Below, one piece after another: positions 50,087-59,095 of a DNA stretch of 64,000 nucleotides. The translations under genes were made by a program, and so were the position numbers. The notes under the pieces were generated by a model that made no database searches, was not told the origin of the DNA, and saw nothing but the letters and a program-made list of their open reading frames with translations. The stretch spans positions 1 to 64,000 of the IMG/VR virus record IMGVR_UViG_3300006169_000009. The stretch is one strand, 5' to 3'. How positions within the stretch are numbered: position 1 is the first letter of the stretch; each line of letters opens with the position of its first letter. The DNA comes from a virus (Duplodnaviria > Caudoviricetes).

Positions 50087-50626
50087 TCACGCAGCGGTGT
50101 CGCCCTCGACCCGCAGGGTCACGCCATCGTTGTTGAGGGCTGCCGAGTTGGTGGCTGTACGGCGTACCCAGACCGCCCGAACCTGGCCCGCTGCGAGGTT
50201 GCCAATGGACAGGCCTGCGCCCTTAGTGGTCGGGGAGGAGAAGGTCTGCGTGGACGGAGCGGTGTTCTCGTCCGCGACCTCCTTGGCCTGCGCGGAGGCA
50301 GAGCCGACTGCCGAGGCTGCGGTGGTGTCGACCGAGATGGCCGCGTTGGCTCCGCCCGCGACCTCCGAGACCATCCACACGACCGCGTTCTGCAGCGTGA
50401 GGGTGGCGTGGGAGTTGTGGATGAAGATGCAGCGGTACTCCGCCTCGCTGGCCGCGTTCTCATCACCGGAGATGACGTCGAACAGGTTGTGGAGCGTGGC
50501 GGTGGTGATCTCAGTGGTCGAGACGTACTTGCCCAGAGAGCCTCCAGCCGTACCCGCAGTGCTGTTCCCCGCCGACCCGGAGGTCACCGAGTACTTGTAC
50601 TTGATGTCGGAAGATGCGATTGGCAC
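50087..50626 (-). CDS. hypothetical structural protein
   Basis: SLGKYVS..NLFD..EYRCIF..AVWVRR. Confidence 0.75.
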   Translation of the reverse strand: MPIASSDIKYKYSVTSGSAGNSTAGTAGGSLGKYVSTTEITTATLHNLFDVISGDENAASEAEYRCIFIHNSHATLTLQNAVVWMVSEVAGGANAAISVDTTAASAVGSASAQAKEVADENTAPSTQTFSSPTTKGAGLSIGNLAAGQVRAVWVRRTATNSAALNNDGVTLRVEGDTAA

Positions 50627-50635
50627 GGGGGACTC

Positions 50636-50836
50636 CTATTCCTCACTCAGTCCGTACTCTACCCACAAAGATCCATCGGGCTCGTCCCCAGACGGCTCCG
50701 TGCCCACAGGAACAGTGTAGACGTGCGCGCTCGATGACTGCACTGTGTTACGACCGGGCGCAACCACTACGGGGGTCTCACCACGCAGAACCTTGTCCTG
50801 TGAGGAGGACCCGCTATAGATCACCTGATTGCTCAC
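50636..50836 (-). CDS. small hypothetical protein
   Basis: GTEP..DGSLWV fibre-type motif. Confidence 0.55.
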   Translation of the reverse strand: MSNQVIYSGSSSQDKVLRGETPVVVAPGRNTVQSSSAHVYTVPVGTEPSGDEPDGSLWVEYGLSEE

Positions 50837-51579
50837 GTCGTCACCTCAGGATCCACGGTGACGAAGCCCTCCACGAAGCGGATCGCGTCTCCGTCACTGT
50901 CGGTCAACTTCAGGTCGTACCGGTACTTCCCCGGAGGCAGGGCCGAGGTGTCCTCATCCGACATGAACAGGTCCACGTTGCCCTGCTGGTCCAGCGTGAT
51001 CCCGGCACTGTCATCGAGGTCCAGGACCACCGTGGACCCGCTCTTGGCCTGCATCTTGGCGGTCCAGCCGGTCATGTCCATGCCAGTGCCGTCCCGCAGC
51101 CACTGGAAGTGCTCACGCCAGGTGGCTCCCTGGTAGATCGTCAGATCCTGGTCGAATGGGAAGTCACTGTCCGGCTCCTCATAGGGGGCACTGTTCGAGG
51201 CAACGAGCGCGGCCATGGTGGTGTCTGCGGTCAGCCCGGTGTCGAACTCCAGGATGTCGGGGCCGACCCGCTGGCGTACGTGGTACTTCCAGCCCTCGGT
51301 CTTTACCAACTTGGTCTCGAACTTGCCGTTGTTCAGCGTCTTGGTGACCGGGTACAGTGCGACCTGGGTGTCACCGACAGTGACGGTCTTGACCGAGGGC
51401 GTGAAGGACACCCGTCCCCAGGGCGCACGACTCCGATACGAAGAGTAGTCGCCGGTCACGGTGACCAACTCGATTCCCTCGGGCGGAACGAAGTCGTCGG
51501 TGTCCAGGGGCGGGTACGCCATGTTCTGCGCGGTCCAGCCAGGGGTCTCCCACGCGTCGTCGTACTGTCCTCGGGCCAT
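50833..51579 (-). CDS. structural protein with fibre-adaptor-like beta-sandwich
   Basis: DLTIYQGATW..DMTGWTAKMQ..YRYDL..EG. Confidence 0.7.
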   Translation of the reverse strand: MARGQYDDAWETPGWTAQNMAYPPLDTDDFVPPEGIELVTVTGDYSSYRSRAPWGRVSFTPSVKTVTVGDTQVALYPVTKTLNNGKFETKLVKTEGWKYHVRQRVGPDILEFDTGLTADTTMAALVASNSAPYEEPDSDFPFDQDLTIYQGATWREHFQWLRDGTGMDMTGWTAKMQAKSGSTVVLDLDDSAGITLDQQGNVDLFMSDEDTSALPPGKYRYDLKLTDSDGDAIRFVEGFVTVDPEVTT

Positions 51580-51588
51580 GGGTCTAGC

Positions 51589-53166
51589 CTACCGTCCGTA
51601 GAACGGAGAGGCGGAGACCTCCACAGCAGGCGTCTGGAACTCCTGTGCGATGATGCAGGCCATCGCCAGGCTGTCGGGGTAGTCATCATGCGCGTCAGTG
51701 GCTCGTGGGGCCTGAGCGAGGAAGTACGGGCCTTGGAAGTTGGTCTCCAGGTCGCTCATCTGGGTGATGAAGCGCTTGTAGGTCTTCAGCCGCCGGGTCT
51801 TGGCGTGCGCAGGCCACCCGATCTTGGTCCGGTTGATCAGTTCGGTGAGGTGCTTCCAGCGCAGCGACTGATCGGGCAGGCCACTGCCACAGGGGACGAT
51901 CTCCACGTGGGGCATGAGCGTGCGCAGCCGGTCGATGACCACATCTCCCAGGCCTCCCTCGTCCACCGCGATGGCGAACACCCAGTAGTTGGCCAGGAAC
52001 TCCACGATCCGGTGGTACTGGTTCTCCCAGTCTTGACCCGACAGGTCCAGCCAGTTTAGGATGCGGTGATGGTAGTACCCGAACTCGTCAGGGTGGTCCC
52101 AGTCGACCCACACCACGGTCACGATGGTGGAGTCGGTCTTGCGGGCCGGGTCGATGCCGACCACGACCGGCGAGAGGTTGAACGAGTGCAGGATCTCCAT
52201 CGACACATCGCCCAGTTCTTCCAGGCGCTCGGACGTGGTGAACATCCCCTTGTCCAGCAGCCAGTGCAGCCGGTACGACATGCGGAACTCGTCCGAGTCC
52301 TCTCCAAGGCGCAGCATCTCCTTGCGTACGAACTTCAGGTAGTTCTTGTTCCACTTCGCGACTTCCTTCCAGTCGGCCTCGAAGTGGGCCTCCCGGTGTC
52401 CGCGCTTGGTCGCCTGCCGCTTGTTGAACTTGATGGTCTTGTGGAAGACCCCCTTGGTGTAGCCGGGCGTCCCGATGAAGACCATGGTCGCGTTGGTGGA
52501 GGCACCCATGGGGCCGATGGACTTGTTGACCACTGTCTCATCAGCGTCCTGACACTCATCGATGAGCATGAGGTGGTAGGTACGCCCTTCGATCTTGGCT
52601 CGTGGGTGGCATGTCTGACGGCGGACCAGGCTGTGACTGTTGACCAGCACGATGGTCTGCTTTCCACGTCCCTTGGCCGCTCGGTCATCGATGTCTGGGT
52701 CCGCGAGCAGTTCCTGAGCCCGCTCAGAGGTAAGACGCTCCACGATTCGCCCGAAGATGATGTCGGTCTGGTCGTCGGTCGGGGCGAAGCAGCCGACCCA
52801 CATGCCCTCCTTGAACTTGTCCAGCAGGTTCGGGAAGACCTTGGCCAGCACCGGGAGCATGATCATGCAGGCCGCCACTACGTTCGCCACCGTTTCGGAC
52901 TTGCCGGACTGGCGACTGAACAGGGCGGTCAAGGTGGCCCCATCACCGAGGATAAGCGACTCAATCAGCGCTCGGGCGAATGGGCGCTGGTAGGGGTACA
53001 GCGGGTGCCCCGACAGTTCGTCGGTCACGTCGAGTAGGCGGTCGCAGATGAGGTCTACGGTCTCCTTGGAGATGTCATCGTAGAGATGCTCCTCGACTTC
53101 ACGCGCATGGCGTTCCTCGTCGGTCTCGTCGGTGTATTCCTCACCAACTTCGAGCACGTCGGACAT
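51589..53166 (-). CDS. terL: terminase large subunit
   Basis: SRQSGKSE, LIDECQ, IGTP, GIDPA, HDDYPDS. Confidence 0.93.
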   Translation of the reverse strand: MSDVLEVGEEYTDETDEERHAREVEEHLYDDISKETVDLICDRLLDVTDELSGHPLYPYQRPFARALIESLILGDGATLTALFSRQSGKSETVANVVAACMIMLPVLAKVFPNLLDKFKEGMWVGCFAPTDDQTDIIFGRIVERLTSERAQELLADPDIDDRAAKGRGKQTIVLVNSHSLVRRQTCHPRAKIEGRTYHLMLIDECQDADETVVNKSIGPMGASTNATMVFIGTPGYTKGVFHKTIKFNKRQATKRGHREAHFEADWKEVAKWNKNYLKFVRKEMLRLGEDSDEFRMSYRLHWLLDKGMFTTSERLEELGDVSMEILHSFNLSPVVVGIDPARKTDSTIVTVVWVDWDHPDEFGYYHHRILNWLDLSGQDWENQYHRIVEFLANYWVFAIAVDEGGLGDVVIDRLRTLMPHVEIVPCGSGLPDQSLRWKHLTELINRTKIGWPAHAKTRRLKTYKRFITQMSDLETNFQGPYFLAQAPRATDAHDDYPDSLAMACIIAQEFQTPAVEVSASPFYGR

Positions 53167-53217
53167 ATGGTACCCCGGTAGTAGGTTCTGCGAGTACTAC
53201 CAGGGTAAAGGCAAACC

Positions 53218-53463
53218 TCAGGCGGCTCGGATCTCCCGTGCGCTGAGGATCTGTGTCACGCGCTGCCTAGTGATCCCGAACACGCTCGCCAGGTCGGTCT
53301 TGGTGGGCTGAGCGTGCGCGTAGACCGTCTCCAGGACACTGTCGCGTTCCTCGTTCGCGCTGATGGGGTAGTCGTCTGCGCAGAGGTCAGTGCAGAAGGC
53401 TCTAAAGTCCATCGGCCCCCGGCACAACTTCTGCCCACAGCCTCGGCAGTGGACGTCGACCAA
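53218..53463 (-). CDS. Zn-finger + HTH small protein
   Basis: CRGC..FCTDLC; DLASVFGITRQRVTQI. Confidence 0.7.
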   Translation of the reverse strand: MVDVHCRGCGQKLCRGPMDFRAFCTDLCADDYPISANEERDSVLETVYAHAQPTKTDLASVFGITRQRVTQILSAREIRAA

Positions 53464-53467
53464 GGCT

Positions 53468-53767
53468 TCACTCTCCAGTGTCGTTGTCAACAGGCACCTC
53501 CGTAGGTCCGGGGTTTGCGGGGGTCGCCTCGGGCTGAGGCGCAGCGGAGCCGGAGATGCTGAGCATCGCGATGGTGACTTCTTCGAGCGCGGAGGCCGGG
53601 ATGAGCACACCCCGCCCGTACTTCTCGATGGAGGGCACGTAGTCGCGGATCTCGGCGTAGTCGGCCCACGGGGTGTGGAGGATGGAGACGTGCAGGTCCA
53701 GGTCCGGGGCCTTGGCGACCTCGACCAGGATCTCTCTGCGTACGTCGTCGGTGGGGGCGTCTGTCAT
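53468..53767 (-). CDS. PC4/YdbC-like ssDNA-binding protein (tentative)
   Basis: LHVS..YAEIRDY..GRGVLIP. Confidence 0.45.
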   Translation of the reverse strand: MTDAPTDDVRREILVEVAKAPDLDLHVSILHTPWADYAEIRDYVPSIEKYGRGVLIPASALEEVTIAMLSISGSAAPQPEATPANPGPTEVPVDNDTGE

Positions 53768-53799
53768 GAGGTCAACTCTCTCATGTGGAAGGGGCACTG

Positions 53800-54021
53800 T
53801 CAAGCCGGTTGCGGGCACTGGTGGGGACATCTGTGCGTGATGGGGACGTTTCGCTGCTGCACGTTGATGCAACCTCGGCTGGTCTCGGACGGATGGCACT
53901 TTCCGGTAGCACACCAGCCGCAGTTGGTGGAACCTACGGGTACGTCGTAGCCCAGTATCTCGTTCATGGGCTTGGGGAACGTCGGCTTGGGCTTGGTACG
54001 GCGCTTGACGTGGCGGGTCAT
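53800..54021 (-). CDS. small Cys-rich protein
   Basis: CGWC..C..C..CPHQC. Confidence 0.55.
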   Translation of the reverse strand: MTRHVKRRTKPKPTFPKPMNEILGYDVPVGSTNCGWCATGKCHPSETSRGCINVQQRNVPITHRCPHQCPQPA

Positions 54022-54263
54022 ACGTCCATTCTAGCCCGCAGAGCGTCCACCACGCCAGCCATACTGGAGATTCCTTGCGAGGCTTCGAGCAAAGACTCCG
54101 GCGAACGCTCCCGGCGGTAGTCGCTGAGAGCCTTCACGATGCCGTTTCCGCACTGATCGGCCCAGTCGAGGATCATGTCCTCCGGCATGCGCTGTACGCG
54201 CTTCCTGGCCCGGGCTCTGAGCGCGTCAGACCCCTCTGAGCGCTGGAACAGAGCCCGAATCAC
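54018..54263 (-). CDS. hypothetical protein
   Basis: tiles with neighbours. Confidence 0.6.
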   Translation of the reverse strand: MIRALFQRSEGSDALRARARKRVQRMPEDMILDWADQCGNGIVKALSDYRRERSPESLLEASQGISSMAGVVDALRARMDV

Positions 54264-54634
54264 GACTTGTCCTTGTCCAGGCCGAGATAGGAGAGCACCA
54301 TCCACTCCTTCTCGGGGTCGTTGTCGGCGGCCTTGGCCACGTTGGCGCGAACCTGATCACGGATGTGAGGGTCTTCGAGGTCTACGTCGGGGCTGAGGTC
54401 GACGGTGAAGCCTGCCACGGACGCCAGTTCGGCCTCTTCGGCGCTCAGTTGCCTGTCGAACCAGAATCCCAGCACCAGGCCGTAGTTCGTGGGCCACAGA
54501 CGGACGATGACGCTGTACGGCGAGCGCCGGAACGGCGGATCCTGCTCGGTGGTCTCCGCGAAGTGGATGATCGGGGCGTTCTCCAGCCGGATGACGTGCC
54601 AGAACAGCCGCTTCAGGTCGTGGGTGATGGCCAT
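54260..54634 (-). CDS. hypothetical protein
   Basis: tiles with neighbours. Confidence 0.65.
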   Translation of the reverse strand: MAITHDLKRLFWHVIRLENAPIIHFAETTEQDPPFRRSPYSVIVRLWPTNYGLVLGFWFDRQLSAEEAELASVAGFTVDLSPDVDLEDPHIRDQVRANVAKAADNDPEKEWMVLSYLGLDKDKS

Positions 54635-54644
54635 GAGCGCGACC

Positions 54645-55088
54645 CTACCAGAGCCGGGCGTACGGGTAGAAGTTCAGCGTACGGTTGATGGCTCGACCGG
54701 GGCTCTTGACCCTCTTGAAGTTATTCCAAACCCGAGACGGGACGTTGTAATAGGCATACACGGCTCCGTCCCGGAATCGGACGAACAGAGTCTTCTGCGG
54801 AGCATAGTAGCCATACGCCTTGGTGCGTGGCCGGGGCGGGTTGATCGACGGAGAGGGCTGGTAGGGCATCAGCAGGGAGTCATCGCCGTCACGAGCCCGC
54901 TGCAGCGCCTCCCGGAGGTCGTCTGGCATCTGCCGTTCGGCCTCGGACTGGGCCGTCTTCTGCGAGGCGTAGTCGACTGCCCGTGAGGCAGTGGCTACGG
55001 GGGTAGTACGAACGCCCTCGCCCCCAGCGGCCTCCTTGACCTGCTCAGCGGCCTCGCGAGCGCTGCGTACGCGCCTTCTACCGGCCAC
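54645..55088 (-). CDS. KTSC domain protein
   Basis: YGY..LFVRFRDGAVYAYYNVP..F..SPGRAIN. Confidence 0.85.
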   Translation of the reverse strand: MAGRRRVRSAREAAEQVKEAAGGEGVRTTPVATASRAVDYASQKTAQSEAERQMPDDLREALQRARDGDDSLLMPYQPSPSINPPRPRTKAYGYYAPQKTLFVRFRDGAVYAYYNVPSRVWNNFKRVKSPGRAINRTLNFYPYARLW

Positions 55089-55162
55089 TGTGTGCTCCCA
55101 TTGCAAGACCCCAGCCCATAGCACAATGCTACAGGCCGGGGCCTACTTCCGACAGGGGTGGA

Positions 55163-55723
55163 TCAGGCCTGCGGAGCGGGCTCGTCCTTGTCGTCCACGA
55201 CGGCGACCGGAACCTGAGCCAGGAAGAACGCCGGGTCGGTGACCCCGCCGTCCAGCATCCCGCTCAGAGTCGGCAGTTCCTCGGGGAGGACGTACTGGCC
55301 CGGCTCGGCCTCCACGCCCACCAGGGCGGGCTGCTGAGCGGTCCAGCCGACCGTCACGTCGTCGTAGTCGGCGCTGCGGTAGCGCGGCTTCAGGAGACCC
55401 GTGTCCTCGCCGGTCTCCTCCTTGGCCTTCTCGTCGCGCTCCTTCTGGAGGCTCTCGACCAGGGCGGCCTTCTCCTCCGGGGTCTGCCCGGCGGATCCGA
55501 AGACGGTGATCTCGCGCTGACCGCCCTCGCCCTCGGCAGGAGCCTCTTCAGCCTGCTCCTTGGCCTCGGCGTCGGTGGTCGACGTGGTCACACCGGAGTT
55601 CAGCGGCTGGGTCGAGGTCGCGGAGCCGTTGGTCTTGGCTTCGTCGGTCGTCCCCTTGGCTTCACCGGCCTTGGGATCGGTGGTCGCGGCGGACGTTGCC
55701 CCGCCATTAGTGTTCTCAGCCAT
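55163..55723 (-). CDS. acidic hypothetical protein
   Basis: GAAAGG SD; GC3 bias. Confidence 0.7.
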   Translation of the reverse strand: MAENTNGGATSAATTDPKAGEAKGTTDEAKTNGSATSTQPLNSGVTTSTTDAEAKEQAEEAPAEGEGGQREITVFGSAGQTPEEKAALVESLQKERDEKAKEETGEDTGLLKPRYRSADYDDVTVGWTAQQPALVGVEAEPGQYVLPEELPTLSGMLDGGVTDPAFFLAQVPVAVVDDKDEPAPQA

Positions 55724-55866
55724 GGGGACTGATCCTTTCGCTCTGTGCTGTCCAGCCTACCGGATGGACTTCGCCAGTTTCATCCTGCTCACGCCCGTGC
55801 GGGCAGTTCGGCCCGTGCATTACGTACTGACCGCCCACCATGATGCACTTGGTTACGTACACCAGC

Positions 55867-56034
55867 CTACTTCCAGTGCTGAGGAACGCACTCATCGCAG
55901 AAGCGCAGCACCTCGTGCTTCACGCCGTCTGAGACGAACGTGGCGTCCCGATCCGGGTGGTTGGCGCACTTGCCCTTGTCCTCGGACTTCTCCTCGGCCT
56001 TGGGCTCGCTCTTGGCCTGCGGCTTCTGTGTCAT
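55867..56034 (-). CDS. 55-aa B-box-like Zn-finger protein (not in the ORF track)
   Basis: MTQKPQAK..CANHPDRDA..FCDEC. Confidence 0.65.
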   Translation of the reverse strand: MTQKPQAKSEPKAEEKSEDKGKCANHPDRDATFVSDGVKHEVLRFCDECVPQHWK

Positions 56035-56043
56035 GGCTCCAGG

Positions 56044-56466
56044 TTAGCCCAGAGAGGGCGTACCGTGCAGAATCGGGTCCAGATGCGGGGGCCGGTAGTT
56101 CGGTCCCTTCAGGATCTTCCCGAAGTTGTCCCGCTGGATGATCCCCCGGCTGTCCACCTTGGACATATTGGACCGGTGGACCTCCTGGAAGACCCGCTGA
56201 CCAGGGATGTCGAAGAGGTCATCGACCGCGTAGGTGACGTACTTCAGGTCTGCGGACTCCTTGGCGATCTTGGACAGGTCTCCAGATCCGTTCTGGGCGT
56301 CCAGCAGTTCGTCCATGAGTTCATTGAACTCCTGGCGGAGCAGTTCCATGCGTAGCCGGATCAGTTGCTTGCGCTCGACTTCGTCGCAGTCGACCCACCG
56401 CTTGACGTTCCCAGCGACGTGAAACTCCCGCAGCGAGCCCAACGGGGCGTACTGGGCCTCAGACAT
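56044..56466 (-). CDS. MazG-like/PRA-PH NTP pyrophosphohydrolase
   Basis: EFNEL..KESADLKYV..EVHRSNMSK..GKILKGPNY. Confidence 0.85.
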   Translation of the reverse strand: MSEAQYAPLGSLREFHVAGNVKRWVDCDEVERKQLIRLRMELLRQEFNELMDELLDAQNGSGDLSKIAKESADLKYVTYAVDDLFDIPGQRVFQEVHRSNMSKVDSRGIIQRDNFGKILKGPNYRPPHLDPILHGTPSLG

Positions 56467-56671
56467 CGATGGTCTTCCCGTACTCCAGAGACTCCGGGTC
56501 CAGGTGGGCGTACCGACTACGGATGTAGGCGTCCCCGATCTCGATCTGGTCCTTGATGTTGACCAGCCGGGTGCCGTCGGGGAACAGACCCATGAGGCGC
56601 TCGTCCTTCCGCTCCTTGGCCTCTCCGGTGACTCCGGCGTGCTCGCTCCAGTGCGGTCCGTGCATGGACAC
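56459..56671 (-). CDS. hypothetical protein
   Basis: tiles with neighbours. Confidence 0.5.
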   Translation of the reverse strand: MSMHGPHWSEHAGVTGEAKERKDERLMGLFPDGTRLVNIKDQIEIGDAYIRSRYAHLDPESLEYGKTIDV

Positions 56672-56703
56672 TGTCCCTTCTCTCGTGCGCGTATGGGGGT
56701 AGT

Positions 56704-57528
56704 CTACCTACCGAGGTAGGCGCGGAACATCTCCAGTTCGCGGGTGCCCGGCCCCAGCGGCGAGGACTCGTCCCCGAACGTCTGGATCCGGCTGTTGTAG
56801 TAGGCCACCACGGTCAGGAAGTCCTCGTTGGCCTCGAACAGGTCCAACTTCTGCTGGAAGACCTCCGGCCCCTGGTCGCGCCCGAACTCGCCCAGACCTA
56901 CACTACGTACGCCGCGAGCGCTCAGGTAGTTCAGCATCCGCTGGATCTCGTGCGGCTCTCCGTAGTGGTCAGCGCCGAAGAACGGGCACGTCCGTACCAG
57001 CGAGGCTGAGACCCAGGAGTTGACAGCGCCCTTGGAGCCGTTGTACCAGTCGGCCCAGAGGTACCCGTTGAGGATCGGGGTGAACACGGTCCTGTTGGTG
57101 AACCCCATCAGCCGGTTGATCCGCAGGAAGGCCTTGTTGAAGTCGTCTGGGCGGACATCTCCGACCGGCTCGTGGAAGAAGGTGGTCAAGACGCGCCCGT
57201 TGTACTTCGCGTAGCGCCGCCCCTTGGCCTTGATCTGGGCGTCATGCTTCCCGGCCAGGATCGCGGCCACGCCGCCGGTCGGAGGCTTGAACGAGACCCA
57301 GGGAGTCCGACCAGCGGCCAGATCCTTCTTGATCTGCGCGTCTTCCTTGGCATCGTCGGCCCACTGGAAGTAGGTCCGGTTGAGGCCGACCGGCCCGGTA
57401 AGGTCTGTTGGCCCGTGAAGGCCCACGAGTGCGGTTGTCACTGCTGCTCCCGGTGGTTGTACGAGGTTGGGCACTACGATAGCGGCTGCTGCGACTCCAG
57501 CCGCCTTGAAGAGGTCTCGGCGGTCCAT
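56704..57528 (-). CDS. Tat-signal glycoside hydrolase (GH26-like clan A TIM barrel)
   Basis: MDRRDLFKAAGVAAAA signal; PWVSFK, FFHEP, GADHY, LGEFG. Confidence 0.7.
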   Translation of the reverse strand: MDRRDLFKAAGVAAAAIVVPNLVQPPGAAVTTALVGLHGPTDLTGPVGLNRTYFQWADDAKEDAQIKKDLAAGRTPWVSFKPPTGGVAAILAGKHDAQIKAKGRRYAKYNGRVLTTFFHEPVGDVRPDDFNKAFLRINRLMGFTNRTVFTPILNGYLWADWYNGSKGAVNSWVSASLVRTCPFFGADHYGEPHEIQRMLNYLSARGVRSVGLGEFGRDQGPEVFQQKLDLFEANEDFLTVVAYYNSRIQTFGDESSPLGPGTRELEMFRAYLGR

Positions 57529-58733
57529 CAGTCGAGCCAGATCCGCGACTCGTAGGTCACGAACCCGACTTCAGGGTCGATGAAGTGCAGGCGCTGACTC
57601 GGCAGTGAGGTGCCTGCGACGAACTCTCTGGCGTACTCGTTGTCGGACTCGGTGGACCCGGCCATGTAGACCGATCCGCCGTTGGCCATGTTCAACGTCA
57701 TGTTTTGGTGGTAGTGGCCGATGTACATGTCCCGGAAAGGCTCGGTGACCCCGCTGGCCCAGGCGTTTGCCTTGCGGACGATGCCGTAGGCCGGGGTCTG
57801 GCCGCCGAAGGACTTGATCTCGTCACCGTGGACGGCGATGGCGTTGTAGTTGCCGACCGAGAAGTGCTGGTACCAGTCGTCGGAGACCTGGAAGTTCTTG
57901 ATTCGCTTCTCGTGGCGCAGCCGGTCCTTGACGATCTGGTAGATGATGCGGTCGACGTTGTCGGAGGGCTTGTAGTTGTCCGACTTCTTGCCGATTCGCC
58001 CGTGGTTGCCCCACTCACAGACCACATCGACGGTCTCGTAGGTCTCCAAAGCCTGCTTGATGACGTATTCCTCCAGCGCCACGGTCGCGAAGACCTGCTC
58101 GAAGAGAGTTGCGTCGACCTCCCACTCCTGACCGGGGAAGATGCAGGCTCCTTCGAGCATGTCACCGGTCAAGAGCACGATCCCGTGCCGTACGGGGTGG
58201 TCGGCGCGCATGATCTCGGTGATCTGCTGAGCCTTGGAGACGTACTGCTTGACCCGGCGCTCGCAGACGGCACTGTCGTAAGTCGACGTCACCTTGCCGT
58301 TCTGCCAGTCGGTCAGGTGCCACAGCGCGACTTCGGCGGTCTTGTTCTTACGACGGTCGGCCTTCGGCTTGGGAGCGACGACAGCCGCTGTCGCCTCGGC
58401 GGCGTCGTGGGAAGCGTCGTAGACGGCCTGGATCAACTTCGCGCCGCGCTGCTTGGACTCACTCAACTGCTTGAACAGGCGGGCATTGGCCTCTCGATAC
58501 GCGACGACCTGATCTTCGGGACTCAACGTCTCCTCGACGTCCTCGACGTCGCGAATGACGGGAGCCTCGGGCGCTTCCGTCGCACCGTTGGCCGGGAACC
58601 GGCCCCGGTACCGTCGCACGGACGCCTCAGAAGTACCCAGCCGGGTCGCCGCCTCGTAGTTGTTGACGCTTGCGTCGGCCAGAAGCGCCTTGACGTCATC
58701 GTCGCTCTCGGCGCGCTGGAAGATGTTGGGCAT
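57528..58733 (-). CDS. calcineurin-like metallophosphoesterase with N-terminal HTH and coiled coil
   Basis: LTDWQ, GDMLE, GNHG, VHGD, GHYH. Confidence 0.85.
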   Translation of the reverse strand: MPNIFQRAESDDDVKALLADASVNNYEAATRLGTSEASVRRYRGRFPANGATEAPEAPVIRDVEDVEETLSPEDQVVAYREANARLFKQLSESKQRGAKLIQAVYDASHDAAEATAAVVAPKPKADRRKNKTAEVALWHLTDWQNGKVTSTYDSAVCERRVKQYVSKAQQITEIMRADHPVRHGIVLLTGDMLEGACIFPGQEWEVDATLFEQVFATVALEEYVIKQALETYETVDVVCEWGNHGRIGKKSDNYKPSDNVDRIIYQIVKDRLRHEKRIKNFQVSDDWYQHFSVGNYNAIAVHGDEIKSFGGQTPAYGIVRKANAWASGVTEPFRDMYIGHYHQNMTLNMANGGSVYMAGSTESDNEYAREFVAGTSLPSQRLHFIDPEVGFVTYESRIWLD

Positions 58734-58764
58734 CGTCTCTCCAGTCGTAGGTGTCAGGGCGACT

Positions 58765-58896
58765 CTATCTCGATGGGCGGACAGGCGCAACCCTAGAGTG
58801 GAACTCGATCTCGTGGAGGTACAGGTCGGTATAGCCCTGCGCGTCGTCCTCGACGTCCTCGGACCAGTCCTGTTGCGGGCACTCGAAGTGCTTCAC
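58765..58896 (-). CDS. 43-aa hypothetical protein
   Basis: GTG at 58896; VKHFECPQQDW..HEIEFH. Confidence 0.45.
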   Translation of the reverse strand: MKHFECPQQDWSEDVEDDAQGYTDLYLHEIEFHSRVAPVRPSR

Positions 58897-58931
58897 CCTT
58901 CAACCGTACTCCTAGTCCGATATAACTAGCA

Positions 58932-58965
58932 AGACCCCGCCCGGGTGGTTCCGGGACGGGGCCTC
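58932..58965 (-). terminator. intrinsic terminator-like hairpin
   Basis: GAGGCCCCGTCCCGG-AACCA-CCCGGGCGGGGTCTT. Confidence 0.6.
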
Positions 58966-59066
58966 ACTGTTCATTCTGTCAACTCAATAATCTCTACGTC
59001 CTGTGGTGCGGTATGGCCTAGACCATGAGTCTGCCCTCCTGGTTGACGACTCGGCGTCTTGTTACC

Positions 59067-59095
59067 AAGATAGAACCGCCAGGCCGGGCTGTCAA
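59067..59095 (-). promoter_or_regulatory. near-consensus sigma70 promoter
   Basis: TTGACA-N17-TATCTT. Confidence 0.7.

Noticed and set aside
55716-55862. Small ORF VYVTKCIMVGG...
   Set aside because: No SD or motif support; left uncalled.
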